A DNA stretch of 64,000 nt from Flavobacteriales bacterium (GTDB taxonomy: Bacteria; Bacteroidota; Bacteroidia; NS11-12g; UBA955): NCBI GenBank assembly GCA_947496375.1, contig CANMCY010000008.1:16817-80816 (forward strand). Reading direction: 5' to 3'. The translations under genes and the position numbers were made by a program. Numbering within the stretch: position 1 is the stretch's first letter; each line of letters begins with the position of its first letter. Positions 27,937-38,526 of this stretch are shown piece after piece. The notes under the pieces are model-generated. The model had not been told where the DNA came from, did no database searches, and saw only the letters and a list, made by a program, of their open reading frames with translations.

Positions 27937-29163
27937 ATGCAGCCGCTGAACAAGAATAAAATCATCAACGACCCAGTATATGGATTTTTGACCGTGCCGT
28001 CCGAGTTGGTGCATGACGTAATTCAGCATCCGTATTTTCAACGTTTGCGTCGCATACGGCAGCTGGGCCTCAGCGAAGTAGTTTATCCCGGTGCCACTCA
28101 TACCCGTTTTCATCATGCCCTTGGCGCATTGAACCTGATGGTACGCACCATAGAAACCCTAAGGTCCAAAGGTGTGGAGATTACGGATGAGGAAGCAGAA
28201 GCCGCATGGTTGGGCATCCTGCTGCACGATGTGGGACACGGGCCTTTCAGCCATACCCTGGAGCATACCCTGATTGAGGGGGTGAGCCATGAATATATTT
28301 CAACCTTGATTATGCAGCGGCTGAATAAACAGTTTCAGGGGAAACTGGATCTTACCATCCGCATTTTCAAAGGGGATTATCCCCAAAAGCCATTTTTATC
28401 GCAACTGATATCAGGACAGTTGGATATGGACCGCCTGGATTATCTGCAGCGCGACAGCTTCTACTCAGGCGTGAGTGAAGGGGTTGTGGGAGGCGACCGG
28501 ATTATTAATATGCTGAACGTGAAAGACGGCAACCTGGTGGTAGAAGAAAAAGGCATTTATTCGGTTGAAAAATTCATCGTAGCACGCCGTCTCATGTACT
28601 GGCAGGTTTACCTGCACAAAACTGCGGTTGCAGCAGATGAACTGCTTATTTCTATTCTGCAAAGAGCGCGTCACATGGCGGCCAATATGGCATCCCTCGG
28701 CAGTTATCACCCCCTGATTCATTTTTTGGGTAATACTATTTCAGCAGACCGATTTGATGAAGAATCCCTGGATTTGTTTGTGCTGCTCGATGACCATGAT
28801 ATCATGACCGCGGTAAAGGCATGGCAATTTCATGACGACCGGGTATTGGCAACCCTATCTCAGGCAATGCTGAAAAGGAATTTGCCAAAAATAATCATCC
28901 AGGATAAGCCCGTTTCAGCCGAACTAAAAGAGGAATGTCTGAAAAAGACCCGTCTGCGTTTTGATTTCATGCTGCCTGATGAATCCGGTTATTTTGTGCG
29001 CACCGGATTGCTGGAAAACTTGGCATACAAGCCCCAGAAAGGGGGTATTCATATCCTGAAAAAGGACGGAACCGTGTGCGATGCTGCAGAGGCCTCCGAC
29101 AACCATAACCTGCATTCCCTGAGTGAAGCAGTTACCAAACATTTTATCACATTCTGGCCCTGA
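27937..29163 (+). CDS. HD-domain phosphohydrolase (SAMHD1/dNTPase-like)
   Basis: DPVYG, FQRLRRIRQLG, HTRFHHALG, LLHDVGHGPFSH, DMDRLDYLQRDS, YWQVYLHK. Confidence 0.93.
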   Translation: MQPLNKNKIINDPVYGFLTVPSELVHDVIQHPYFQRLRRIRQLGLSEVVYPGATHTRFHHALGALNLMVRTIETLRSKGVEITDEEAEAAWLGILLHDVGHGPFSHTLEHTLIEGVSHEYISTLIMQRLNKQFQGKLDLTIRIFKGDYPQKPFLSQLISGQLDMDRLDYLQRDSFYSGVSEGVVGGDRIINMLNVKDGNLVVEEKGIYSVEKFIVARRLMYWQVYLHKTAVAADELLISILQRARHMAANMASLGSYHPLIHFLGNTISADRFDEESLDLFVLLDDHDIMTAVKAWQFHDDRVLATLSQAMLKRNLPKIIIQDKPVSAELKEECLKKTRLRFDFMLPDESGYFVRTGLLENLAYKPQKGGIHILKKDGTVCDAAEASDNHNLHSLSEAVTKHFITFWP

Positions 29164-29948
29164 TGCAAAAGGTGGCTCCCAAAAAACAGCTGGGACAGCA
29201 TTTTCTTACAGATCCCGCGATTGCCTTGAGGATTGCCACGTCAATACCCCAGGGACAATGGAACCGTGTGGTGGAGGTGGGCCCGGGAATGGGTATTCTC
29301 ACCAGACCTTTGCTGGAAACCCATGGTGCAGCCCTGCATTGTGTGGAGATAGATAAAGAAAGTGTAGAATGGCTGAGACTTCAGGGGTGGGCCAAAGAAT
29401 TGCACATTATTCAGGGTGATTTTTTGGCCGTTCCGGAAGATGTACTATTTGGAGATGGTAATGTGGCGGTCATCGGCAATTATCCCTATAATATCTCCAC
29501 CCAGATTGCCTTTCGGGTGCTGGAAGCCCGAAACCCCGTAAAGTTTTTCGGCGGGATGTTTCAGCGTGAAGTGGCAAGACGATTTTGCGCCGATCATGGC
29601 AACAAAGAGTACGGTGTAACCAGCGTGCTGCTGCAGGCATTCTATGATTGCAAATACCTGTTTACTGTAAATGAAGGCAGTTTTAACCCGCCACCTGCCG
29701 TAAAAAGCGGTGTGATGGCCTGTGTGCGGAAGGAACTGCCACCCGACTGCACCTATAAAAGTCTTGCGCTGGTAGTGAAAACCGCCTTTAATCAGCGAAG
29801 AAAAACCTTGTCCAACGCACTAAAACCGCTCACCTCGTCCAAACCTTCTTTTGTGTTGCCCGATGAACTAAAAGGAAAGAGGGCAGAACAGCTACCGGTA
29901 GAGACTTTTATCATGCTTGCGGCACGGTGGGATTCACCTGACTTATAA
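29163..29948 (+). CDS. rsmA: 16S rRNA adenine dimethyltransferase
   Basis: KKQLGQHFL, VEVGPGMG, GNYPYNIS, FNQRRKTLSNAL. Confidence 0.96.
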   Translation: MQKVAPKKQLGQHFLTDPAIALRIATSIPQGQWNRVVEVGPGMGILTRPLLETHGAALHCVEIDKESVEWLRLQGWAKELHIIQGDFLAVPEDVLFGDGNVAVIGNYPYNISTQIAFRVLEARNPVKFFGGMFQREVARRFCADHGNKEYGVTSVLLQAFYDCKYLFTVNEGSFNPPPAVKSGVMACVRKELPPDCTYKSLALVVKTAFNQRRKTLSNALKPLTSSKPSFVLPDELKGKRAEQLPVETFIMLAARWDSPDL

Positions 29949-29986
29949 TTTCGGCCGTATTTTTGCCGTTATTGTTCATAAATACC

Positions 29987-31348
29987 ATGTTTCGAGCCAC
30001 CGCTGTCTTGTTTCTGTTGATTTTTAGCCGACTTGCGGCCCAGGATGTCCTTCCCGACAGGCAAGTGTGGGATTTTGGCGATGTACTATACTGGAAAAAT
30101 GATACGGCACGCTTCAAGGTACGAAACGCCACCGACAAGGATTTCGTGTTTTTGCCTACCTATTATAAGGAAAATGTTGCAGCGTATTTCTCCAGTCGGC
30201 TTGTTGAACCGGGTAAAACAGCAGAAATACTGATGGTGTATTACACCACCCGTAAAGGCAAGTTTTCACTCGATGTGCCCTTGTTTATCAGTAGCAGGGC
30301 AGAGCCCCTGGTATTTAAATTGAAGGGAGATATTAAAGGATTTGATCCTTCGGCACAGTTGCGCTGTCCTGTGGTAAATCCGACCAATGCTGACGAAAAT
30401 AAACTTGAAAAGATGGTGCAGGTGGAAATCCGCAACCGCAATACCGATGAGCGCTTAAAGCCCGATGAGTTTTCTGTGAAGGAAAACAATGGTAAGCGGA
30501 TACGACTGGAACCTCAAGGTGATGGTTTTCGTATGGCCATCATTCCGGGTAATTATCGTATTGCATGCACCAAGACTGGGTTTGAAGACTATCTGGCCCT
30601 CATTACGCTTGAGCCATACCAGCGCAAGTTTATTGTATACATGGATCCAAAACCGGTGGAAGAAGCCACCGTGCCTGAACCGACTTCGACCGGTGGAAGA
30701 GACGCAACCTCCTCCGAACTTCTGCTCATGGACACGATTGATGAGGAAGCGCATATTCATCCCGAAGATGAATTACTCGAAAGCAACACTTACAAAACCA
30801 ACAACCTTGTTTTCATTGTAGATGCCAGCATGAGCATGAAGCGCGACGGTAAAATGGAGACGCTGAAATCCACCATGGCCATTCTGGTCTCGGCATTACG
30901 CAGTAATGACCGTCTGGGAGTGGTAGGTTTTAGCAATGATGCAAAAATCATTCACCCACATGGACCGGTAGATAATAAGGACAGCATTTATAGCCGCATC
31001 AATCGGTTAAAAACCGAGGGCGGTACCAATGGAGGTGCTGCCCTCAAATTGGCATACCAGCAGGCCCGACAATACTTTCAAGCCGATGGCAACAATCAAA
31101 TCGTAATTGTGACAGATGGGATGTTTACCACCGGGGGACTCAGCCGAAAAGCCATGGAAAAAATGATTACCGAGGCCGCCGCATCCGGTATTCATCTAAG
31201 TACCATCATGGTGGGACAAAATCCAACGGCACTGGAGACACTTAAACATCTGAGTGCACTGGGTGGCGGAAACAATATCCACATTTTGCCCGATGCCAAT
31301 CAGCAAATGCTGCTTCTTGAAATGGTCAAATCCCAAAGCCGACGCTAA
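29987..31348 (+). CDS. exported VWA-domain protein with N-terminal Ig-like (DUF1573-like) domain
   Basis: signal peptide; WDFG; MIDAS DASMSM, GGTNGG, IVTDG. Confidence 0.85.
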   Translation: MFRATAVLFLLIFSRLAAQDVLPDRQVWDFGDVLYWKNDTARFKVRNATDKDFVFLPTYYKENVAAYFSSRLVEPGKTAEILMVYYTTRKGKFSLDVPLFISSRAEPLVFKLKGDIKGFDPSAQLRCPVVNPTNADENKLEKMVQVEIRNRNTDERLKPDEFSVKENNGKRIRLEPQGDGFRMAIIPGNYRIACTKTGFEDYLALITLEPYQRKFIVYMDPKPVEEATVPEPTSTGGRDATSSELLLMDTIDEEAHIHPEDELLESNTYKTNNLVFIVDASMSMKRDGKMETLKSTMAILVSALRSNDRLGVVGFSNDAKIIHPHGPVDNKDSIYSRINRLKTEGGTNGGAALKLAYQQARQYFQADGNNQIVIVTDGMFTTGGLSRKAMEKMITEAAASGIHLSTIMVGQNPTALETLKHLSALGGGNNIHILPDANQQMLLLEMVKSQSRR

Positions 31349-31460
31349 CCCGAACGCTGTTTGTCAGTGCGTTAATAAACTTTCTCATTTTTTCTCAAAT
31401 TTTGCTTGAAACAAGCGACGGATACTTAAATTTGCACCACAAAATCCATAATTGGCATAA

Positions 31461-32930
31461 ATGAAGAATCACCATTTGTCCGTTATCGCTGCCTTTACCA
31501 ACAAGAAATTGTTTTCGGCGATGTTATTACTGTCCTTGCCTTTTTTTACTTTCGCTCAGTCTGCGTCTGATGTTGTTCAGCCACCTCAGGAGTTTAGTCT
31601 GGCTAACTGGGACTGGGAATTTATCAGCTATTGCATAGTTGCAGTATTGATCATTCTCATTATCGCCAGGGCTTTCGACATTGGTGCACTCACTGAAAAA
31701 ATCACCGGAAAAAAAGTAGTTAACTGGAATTCAACCAACCGTTGGGTTGCCATCATTTTTCTGGTTGCATCCATTGCTGGAATATGGTATGAGATGATTT
31801 ACCACGGTAAATACGTTCTCATTGGCGATTCTTATTCTGAGCATGGAGAAACCATTGACAGCATGTTTAACTGGACTTTCGGCTTCACATTCGTGGTGTT
31901 TGTCATTACCGAAGTGTTGTTGTTCTATTTCATGTTTAAGTATCGCTACCGTGAAGGACAAAAGGCGCTGTATTATTTCCACAACAACAAACTGGAACTT
32001 GTATGGACCGTGGTGCCTGCAGTAGTGCTTACCTTCCTCGTTTTACGTGGGTTTAATACCTGGTCAAAAATCACGGCAGAAAAACCCAAAGATGCGCAGG
32101 AAATAGAGATTTTTGGCTATCAGTTTGGATGGAAAGCCCGCTATGCCGGTGATGATAATACATTTGGCAACAGTCACTTTACTTTCATCAGCGGTAAGAA
32201 CCCTCTGGGGCTTGCAGTTCCGGAGCATGTAGATTCGCTTTTGGCCGACCTCAAAAGGGACACAGCGCTTCTGAACCGCCAGATTGCTTCTGCGTCCGAT
32301 TCAGCCACAGCATGGAAGACCGCATTCGTGAGCTTCAATACCGGCAGCAATGCAACTGCTTATCCTGCAGTCTATAAAGATTTGAAAAATAAAATGGAAG
32401 ACGCAGAGTCCGGTGCCTATGTAAGGCAGTTGAAAAAAGACCTGCGCCGCAAGAATACAACCATTAGTCGCATCACTACCTATCGCAAAGATCAGAAAGT
32501 CTTTAATAGTGCTGCCAACGATGATAAAATCACCACTGAAGTTGTATTGGTAAAGGGTAAGTCCTACACCTTTAACTTCCGCGCCAGGGATGTGATTCAC
32601 TCCGCATGGTTCCCCGATTTTCGCGGTCAGATGAATGTAGTGCCCGGTATGGCAACCTGGTTCTCGTTTACCCCTAACAAAACTACGGAGCAAGCCCGTA
32701 CAGAAAAGAATAACAAAGACTTCGACTTTTACCTGTATTGCAACAAAATATGCGGCGGAGCCCACTACAACATGAAAATTAAGATCACCGTAGTAGGTTC
32801 TGAGGCAGAATACAATACTTGGATGGCCACCCAGGCACCATTCGTGGCTCCTCCTGCTGCTGTTCCAACTCCCTCCAATACGCAGGATTCTTCAACCCTT
32901 GTTAAACCCAATACTGTTACCATTCGTTAA
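31461..32930 (+). CDS. coxB: cytochrome c oxidase subunit II
   Basis: HNNKLELVWT, QFGW, DVIHS, CuA motif CNKICGGAHYNM. Confidence 0.93.
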   Translation: MKNHHLSVIAAFTNKKLFSAMLLLSLPFFTFAQSASDVVQPPQEFSLANWDWEFISYCIVAVLIILIIARAFDIGALTEKITGKKVVNWNSTNRWVAIIFLVASIAGIWYEMIYHGKYVLIGDSYSEHGETIDSMFNWTFGFTFVVFVITEVLLFYFMFKYRYREGQKALYYFHNNKLELVWTVVPAVVLTFLVLRGFNTWSKITAEKPKDAQEIEIFGYQFGWKARYAGDDNTFGNSHFTFISGKNPLGLAVPEHVDSLLADLKRDTALLNRQIASASDSATAWKTAFVSFNTGSNATAYPAVYKDLKNKMEDAESGAYVRQLKKDLRRKNTTISRITTYRKDQKVFNSAANDDKITTEVVLVKGKSYTFNFRARDVIHSAWFPDFRGQMNVVPGMATWFSFTPNKTTEQARTEKNNKDFDFYLYCNKICGGAHYNMKIKITVVGSEAEYNTWMATQAPFVAPPAAVPTPSNTQDSSTLVKPNTVTIR

Positions 32931-32948
32931 TCTGAAAAGTAAACTAAT

Positions 32949-34847
32949 ATGAGCACCGCAGCTTTACATACAGACCACCACCACGGCCACGATCATCACG
33001 AGCACAAAGAAAGCTTTATCAGCAAATATGTGTTCTCCATGGATCACAAAATGATCTCAAAGCAATTCCTGATAACAGGTATTGTAATGGGTATTATCGG
33101 CCTGGTTATGTCTCTTCTTTTCCGCATGCAGCTGGCATGGCCCGATGAGAAGTTTGGCATCATGGAAATGCTTTTGGGCAAATGGGCCCAGGACGGAAAA
33201 CTGGATCCCAACTTCTACATGGGTTTGGTTACCATCCATGGAACCATCATGGTATTTTACGTGCTTACTGCCGGACTGAGCGGAACATTCTCCAACCTGC
33301 TGATTCCATTGCAAGTGGGTGCCCGTGATATGGCATCGCCCTTCATGAACATGCTCAGCTACTGGTTCTTTTTCCTGTCTTCAGCGGTATTGCTCATCTC
33401 TGTGGGTGTTGAAACGGGTCCTGCATCTGCCGGATGGACCGTTTACCCTCCGCTGAGTGCCCTGGAAAAAGCCATGCCGGGTTCCGGTCTTGGAATGACC
33501 CTTTGGCTGGTGGCCATCGTGTTGTTTATTGTATCTGCCCTGTTGGGTGGTATTAACTATATCAGTACTGTATTGAACATGCGTACCAAAGGTATGAGCA
33601 TGAACCGCATGCCACTTACCATCTGGGCGTTCTTCTTTACCGCTGTTCTGGGTCTGCTGTCATTCCCCGTATTGTTGGGTGCAGGTTTATTCCTGATTTT
33701 TGACCGCAGCTTTGGAACTTCATTTTACCTCTCGGATATATACCTTGAGGGGGTAGGAGCCATGGAAAACATCGGCGGAAGCCCTGTGCTTTATCAGCAC
33801 CTTTTCTGGTTCCTCGGTCACCCTGAAGTATACATCATCCTGATGCCGGCTTTGGGTATTACCTCAGAGGTTATTTCTACCAACGCCCGTAAGCCGATCT
33901 TTGGATATACCGCCATGGTCATTTCTTTGATGGGCATTTCATTCCTGTCCTTTATCGTTTGGGGTCACCACATGTTCATTACAGGTATGAATCCATTCTT
34001 GGGCAGCGTGTTTATGATTCTCACACTGATTATTGCGGTGCCGTCAGCGGTAAAAGTCTTTAACTATCTCACCACCCTGTGGAAAGGCAACCTGCGCTTT
34101 ACGCCGGCCATGCTGTTTTCTATCGGTCTGGTTTCATTCTTTATCTCCGGCGGACTTACCGGTATTTATCTTGGTAATGCAGCGCTCGATATTCAGCTTC
34201 ACGATAGTTACTTTGTGGTTGCCCACTTCCACCTGGTAATGGGTTCATCTGCCATCTTTGGAATGTTTGCGGGTATCTACCACTGGTTCCCTCGCATGTA
34301 TGGCCGTATGCTGAACAATACCCTGGGTCAGTTCCACTTCTGGATTACCTTTATCACTGCATACCTGGTGTTCTTCCCCATGCACTTTATGGGTCTGGCC
34401 GGTGTGCCTCGTCGTTACTATATGTTTACCCTGGTAAAAGAGTTTGACGTATGGATGGATGTAAACAAGATGATGACCATTGCTGCTATTGTTGGCGGTG
34501 CAGCTCAGTTGCTGTTCCTGTGGAACTTCTTTTACAGCATTTTCCGCGGTAAAAAATCGGAGCAGAACCCATGGCAGAGCAATACCCTCGAATGGAGCGC
34601 TCCTGTAGAGCACCTTCACGGAAACTGGCCCGGTGCCATCCCCGAGGTATATCGTGGTCCCTACGAGTACAGCCGTCCCGATCGTGAGGATGACTATTTC
34701 CCACAGTACGTACCCGATGAGTCCGACAATGCCGGTACCGGAGGAGATGGACATGGTTCTGCACCCAAGCGCAAATCAACCAAGAAAGAAGAAGTAGCGG
34801 AAAACGTAATGTTCGCCGCCATCAAGCGTGTGTTTGGCTGGAGCTGA
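32949..34847 (+). CDS. coxA: cytochrome c oxidase subunit I (type A1)
   Basis: DHK, HG, WFLGHPEVY, WGHHMF, VAHFH, PRRY. Confidence 0.97.
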   Translation: MSTAALHTDHHHGHDHHEHKESFISKYVFSMDHKMISKQFLITGIVMGIIGLVMSLLFRMQLAWPDEKFGIMEMLLGKWAQDGKLDPNFYMGLVTIHGTIMVFYVLTAGLSGTFSNLLIPLQVGARDMASPFMNMLSYWFFFLSSAVLLISVGVETGPASAGWTVYPPLSALEKAMPGSGLGMTLWLVAIVLFIVSALLGGINYISTVLNMRTKGMSMNRMPLTIWAFFFTAVLGLLSFPVLLGAGLFLIFDRSFGTSFYLSDIYLEGVGAMENIGGSPVLYQHLFWFLGHPEVYIILMPALGITSEVISTNARKPIFGYTAMVISLMGISFLSFIVWGHHMFITGMNPFLGSVFMILTLIIAVPSAVKVFNYLTTLWKGNLRFTPAMLFSIGLVSFFISGGLTGIYLGNAALDIQLHDSYFVVAHFHLVMGSSAIFGMFAGIYHWFPRMYGRMLNNTLGQFHFWITFITAYLVFFPMHFMGLAGVPRRYYMFTLVKEFDVWMDVNKMMTIAAIVGGAAQLLFLWNFFYSIFRGKKSEQNPWQSNTLEWSAPVEHLHGNWPGAIPEVYRGPYEYSRPDREDDYFPQYVPDESDNAGTGGDGHGSAPKRKSTKKEEVAENVMFAAIKRVFGWS

Positions 34848-34854
34848 TAGGTCC

Positions 34855-35895
34855 TTGTCTTCACTGCAAAGTATATTCACCCCAAAATTTTTCAGACGAA
34901 CAGGTATTATCGCCTGTTCGTCTGTTTTTTTATTGTTCGTGCTGGGCGGGCTGGTGCGGGTAACAGGCAGCGGTATGGGCTGTCCTGACTGGCCAAAATG
35001 TTTCGGGCTGTGGGCCCCTCCCACCTGCGATTGCCAGCTGCCGCCGGATTACATGCAATTATTTCTGGAAAAACGAACCCGGAAAGTCAATCGTTTTGTC
35101 GCCACGCTGGAGCGCATAGGGTGGAATGAAAAAGCCAATGAAATACGCAGTAATAAGGCCATTTACCTGCCTGAAAAGTTTAATGCAACCAAAGCGTGGA
35201 TTGAGTATATCAATCGCTTATTTGGGGTATTGGCGGGATTTTTTTTCCTGGTTTTTTGGTTGCTTTCATGCCGGTATTTTAAAAGCCAAAAAGTGGTCTT
35301 TGTCTATGCCACCATAGGTTTCATTGCATTGTTGCTGAATGCCTGGCTGGGCAGCATCGTGGTAGCTACCAATCTATTACCCGGCATCGTTTCTACCCAT
35401 TTCATGCTTTCCTTTTTAAGCATCCTATTCACGTTGATTGCCATTCACCGGCATCGTCCATTTGAATTGCAGACCCATGAGCAGAAAAACAATCCTCACT
35501 GGAATACAATGCTGCTTTTGTCTTTTTTAATCGTGTTTCTTGGCACGTTGGCCCGGGAGCAGGTGGAATCCTTAGCCCTTTCCGGAAAGCTTGAGCAAGA
35601 GGGGATTTTAAACTGGTCTGCCATGGGAATGTCTTTTGCCGCCCATCGTTATTTGCCTTTGGTATTTTTAATATACACCGTTTGGGTATGGGTACGCAGG
35701 CGCGGTGAGTGGCCTGTTCAGGCCCGAGCTACCGCGTGGATGGGGTTGCTCATATTGACTCAAATTGTGCTAGGAGCCATCAATATCAACTGGGTTTTAC
35801 CTCCGGTTACTCAGGTCCTTCATATCGTGCTTGGAGCTTCCCTGCCGATTTTAATTTTTTATTGGAGAATCATCAAACCCATTGGGCTTGAATAA
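34855..35895 (+). CDS. ctaA: heme A synthase (COX15/CtaA)
   Basis: GGLVRVTGSGMGCPDWPKC, WIEYINR, multiple TM helices; start uncertain. Confidence 0.9.
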   Translation: MSSLQSIFTPKFFRRTGIIACSSVFLLFVLGGLVRVTGSGMGCPDWPKCFGLWAPPTCDCQLPPDYMQLFLEKRTRKVNRFVATLERIGWNEKANEIRSNKAIYLPEKFNATKAWIEYINRLFGVLAGFFFLVFWLLSCRYFKSQKVVFVYATIGFIALLLNAWLGSIVVATNLLPGIVSTHFMLSFLSILFTLIAIHRHRPFELQTHEQKNNPHWNTMLLLSFLIVFLGTLAREQVESLALSGKLEQEGILNWSAMGMSFAAHRYLPLVFLIYTVWVWVRRRGEWPVQARATAWMGLLILTQIVLGAININWVLPPVTQVLHIVLGASLPILIFYWRIIKPIGLE

Positions 35896-35912
35896 TGTTA
35901 ATATAACAACCT

Positions 35913-36788
35913 GTGAAAAGCACCCTAAAAGCATATTTTGACCTGGTAAAATTCCGCCTCACGTCTACAGTGGTAGCCACTTCAGTATTTGGCTATGTGC
36001 TGGGTTGTAAGTTCAATTCCACCGATGGCAGTCTGACCGGCTTCAGCTGGATTGTGTTTGCCGGAGTGTTGGTGGGGGGATTGTTTATTGTATTTGGTTC
36101 CAATGGGTTGAATCAATTGCTGGAAAAATCACAAGACAGCCAAATGTCCAGAACCCAAAGCAGGCCTGTTGTGGAAGGTCGCCTGAGTGAATCGCAGGCG
36201 CGTATTTTTTCCCTGTTCTGTGGCCTGTTTGGGATTGCGGTGCTGCTCTTTACAGCCCCGTTGTTGACCACCATTTTAGGAGCCCTCTCTTTGGTGTTAT
36301 ATGTTTTTGTATATACGCCATTAAAAGGGGTAACACCACTCGCAGTGATGGTGGGTGCCATTCCCGGTGCGTTACCGCCTCTAATCGGTTATACCGCAGC
36401 GACAGGGGTAATTGACGATGCCGGAATCATCCTGTTTTTGGTGCAGTTTTTCTGGCAGTTTCCGCATTTTTGGGCCATTGCCTGGTTGCTGCATGAAGAT
36501 TATCAGAAGGCAGGTTACTGGCTTTTACCCAGCAAGGGTGGCCGCGACAAATACAGTGCGTTGCAGATAGTGATTTACACAATCATATTAATTGCTACCA
36601 GTGTTATGCCCGTATTGTACGGTATGAGTGATGTTTGGGCACTCACCGGGCTGCTGCCTTCCGGAGCGTTGTTTTTATTTTTTGCATTTAAGCTTCATCG
36701 GTCGCTGGAAGAGTCTGATGCACGGAAATTGCTTTACACCTCATTCCTATACACCCCTGTGGTATTCGTTACATACATCTTATTTTAA
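35913..36788 (+). CDS. cyoE: protoheme IX farnesyltransferase (heme O synthase)
   Basis: MSRTQSRP, YTPLK, GAIPGALPPLIG, WQFPHFWAI. Confidence 0.95.
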   Translation: MKSTLKAYFDLVKFRLTSTVVATSVFGYVLGCKFNSTDGSLTGFSWIVFAGVLVGGLFIVFGSNGLNQLLEKSQDSQMSRTQSRPVVEGRLSESQARIFSLFCGLFGIAVLLFTAPLLTTILGALSLVLYVFVYTPLKGVTPLAVMVGAIPGALPPLIGYTAATGVIDDAGIILFLVQFFWQFPHFWAIAWLLHEDYQKAGYWLLPSKGGRDKYSALQIVIYTIILIATSVMPVLYGMSDVWALTGLLPSGALFLFFAFKLHRSLEESDARKLLYTSFLYTPVVFVTYILF

Positions 36789-36793
36789 AAAAC

Positions 36794-37396
36794 ATGAACA
36801 CTAAAACTGTTGTTAAGAAGAACAAAGAGAATTATCGGATTGAACCTATGCGTTTCAATCTGGTGCTGATGATCATTGCCAGCTGTATGCTGTTTGCGGC
36901 CTTTGTAAGTGCTTACATTGTGCACATGCCGGATGCGACGGCAAAAAATACCTGGACGCAGTTTGACCTGCCCATTCAGTTTATGATTTCTGCCATTGTG
37001 GCTATGGTGAGCAGTGTTACCATTTACATGGCCTACCGTGCCGCCAAGAATGACGAATTGCCTTCAAATAGGATATATATGGCAGTTACCTGGATATTGG
37101 GCGTTTTATTCTGTTTGATGCAGTATTTGGGCTGGCAGGATATGACATCCAGGGGGCTAATGTTCGTAAATGCGGATCCTGAAGATATTTCAGCCAGCTA
37201 TGTCTATGTAATTTCTTTTGTGCACGTACTGCACGTTTTGGGAGGGATGATTTTGTTAACTGTCACATTAACAAAGGCTTTCAGGTTTCGGGTTCATAAA
37301 AAAGAGCTCACCCTGATGAAGGTTACCCACACTTATTGGCATTTTGTTGGGTTGTTGTGGATTTATTTGTATTTATTCCTTTATTTCGCAGGGTAA
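36794..37396 (+). CDS. cytochrome c oxidase subunit III-like protein
   Basis: LFAAFVSAY, HVLHVLGG, YWHFVGLLW. Confidence 0.9.
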   Translation: MNTKTVVKKNKENYRIEPMRFNLVLMIIASCMLFAAFVSAYIVHMPDATAKNTWTQFDLPIQFMISAIVAMVSSVTIYMAYRAAKNDELPSNRIYMAVTWILGVLFCLMQYLGWQDMTSRGLMFVNADPEDISASYVYVISFVHVLHVLGGMILLTVTLTKAFRFRVHKKELTLMKVTHTYWHFVGLLWIYLYLFLYFAG

Positions 37397-37405
37397 TTTT
37401 GAACA

Positions 37406-38170
37406 ATGGCGAATCATCAACAGGCGGCCTTTGAACAACAGCCCATGTGGGCAGGCGGGCGCTCTCCTTTTAATGTCAGTTATGGAAAGCTCATGATGTG
37501 GCTTTTCTTGCTTTCTGACGCGTTTACTTTCTCCAGCTTGCTGGTTCAATATGGTGCACAGCGCTTCAGCAACGTGCAATCCCCCATCGTGACCAACTGG
37601 CCCGATCCGGCAGCGATTTTTAACCACTTCCCATTCATGCATGGGCTTCACCTGCCGCTGCTGTTTGTGAGTGTGATGACATTTATCCTGATTTTGTCTT
37701 CTGTGACCATGGTATTGGCTGTGGAAGCAGGTCACCGCAAAAGCAAGAAAGAAGTAGTTCGATACATGATTTACACCATTATTGGTGGCGCCATGTTTCT
37801 GGGATGTCAGGCATGGGAATGGTCGGTATTTATCGGCGAAGGCGCTACGCTATATGGCAACCAGTTTGGAATTACTGAGGCGGGTCAAAAGGTTTTTGGC
37901 GCCCTCGGTTTTGGCGACCATTTTGAATGGCAGCCCGAATACCGAACCGCAGGTCCGGTGCCATTTGCAGCACTTTTCTTTATCGTAACCGGCTTCCATG
38001 GTTTTCACGTTTTCAGTGGTGTGATTATCAATGTGGTGGTAACCATCATGGCAGCCAGGGGCGTATTTGAGCGCCGCGGTCACTATGAAATGATTGAAAA
38101 GGCCGGCTTATACTGGCACTTTGTAGATCTGGTATGGGTGTTCGTATTTACTTTCTTCTACCTCATTTGA
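37406..38170 (+). CDS. coxC: cytochrome c oxidase subunit III
   Basis: MWLFLLSD, TGFHGFHV, GLYWHFVDLVW. Confidence 0.92.
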   Translation: MANHQQAAFEQQPMWAGGRSPFNVSYGKLMMWLFLLSDAFTFSSLLVQYGAQRFSNVQSPIVTNWPDPAAIFNHFPFMHGLHLPLLFVSVMTFILILSSVTMVLAVEAGHRKSKKEVVRYMIYTIIGGAMFLGCQAWEWSVFIGEGATLYGNQFGITEAGQKVFGALGFGDHFEWQPEYRTAGPVPFAALFFIVTGFHGFHVFSGVIINVVVTIMAARGVFERRGHYEMIEKAGLYWHFVDLVWVFVFTFFYLI

Positions 38171-38187
38171 TTAAATTTTAAATAACC

Positions 38188-38526
38188 ATGGAATTCTATA
38201 ACAAACCCGGCGAATACGATGCCATAAACTATATTCCTCCGGCTGAAAGCCACGGCACCAAAGAGCTTTGGCGCACTTTCTGGATATTGCTTGGAATCAC
38301 CGTGCTGGACTTCATCATCTACTTTGTGATGCCCCACACCGGTTTTAGAAATTTTATCTTCATTTTCTTTGGAATTGTTAAAGCATACTACATCGTAGGA
38401 GCTTTCATGCACATGAAATATGAGAAAGTAAACCTGGCTCTGGTAATTCTGGTTCCTACCATTTTTATCATTGGCCTTGTGATGGGATTATTATACGAGG
38501 GTAACGCGCTTACCTACGCCAAATAA
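38188..38526 (+). CDS. cytochrome c oxidase subunit IV family protein
   Basis: 3 TM helices, KAYYIVGAFMHMKYE, operon position. Confidence 0.88.
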   Translation: MEFYNKPGEYDAINYIPPAESHGTKELWRTFWILLGITVLDFIIYFVMPHTGFRNFIFIFFGIVKAYYIVGAFMHMKYEKVNLALVILVPTIFIIGLVMGLLYEGNALTYAK

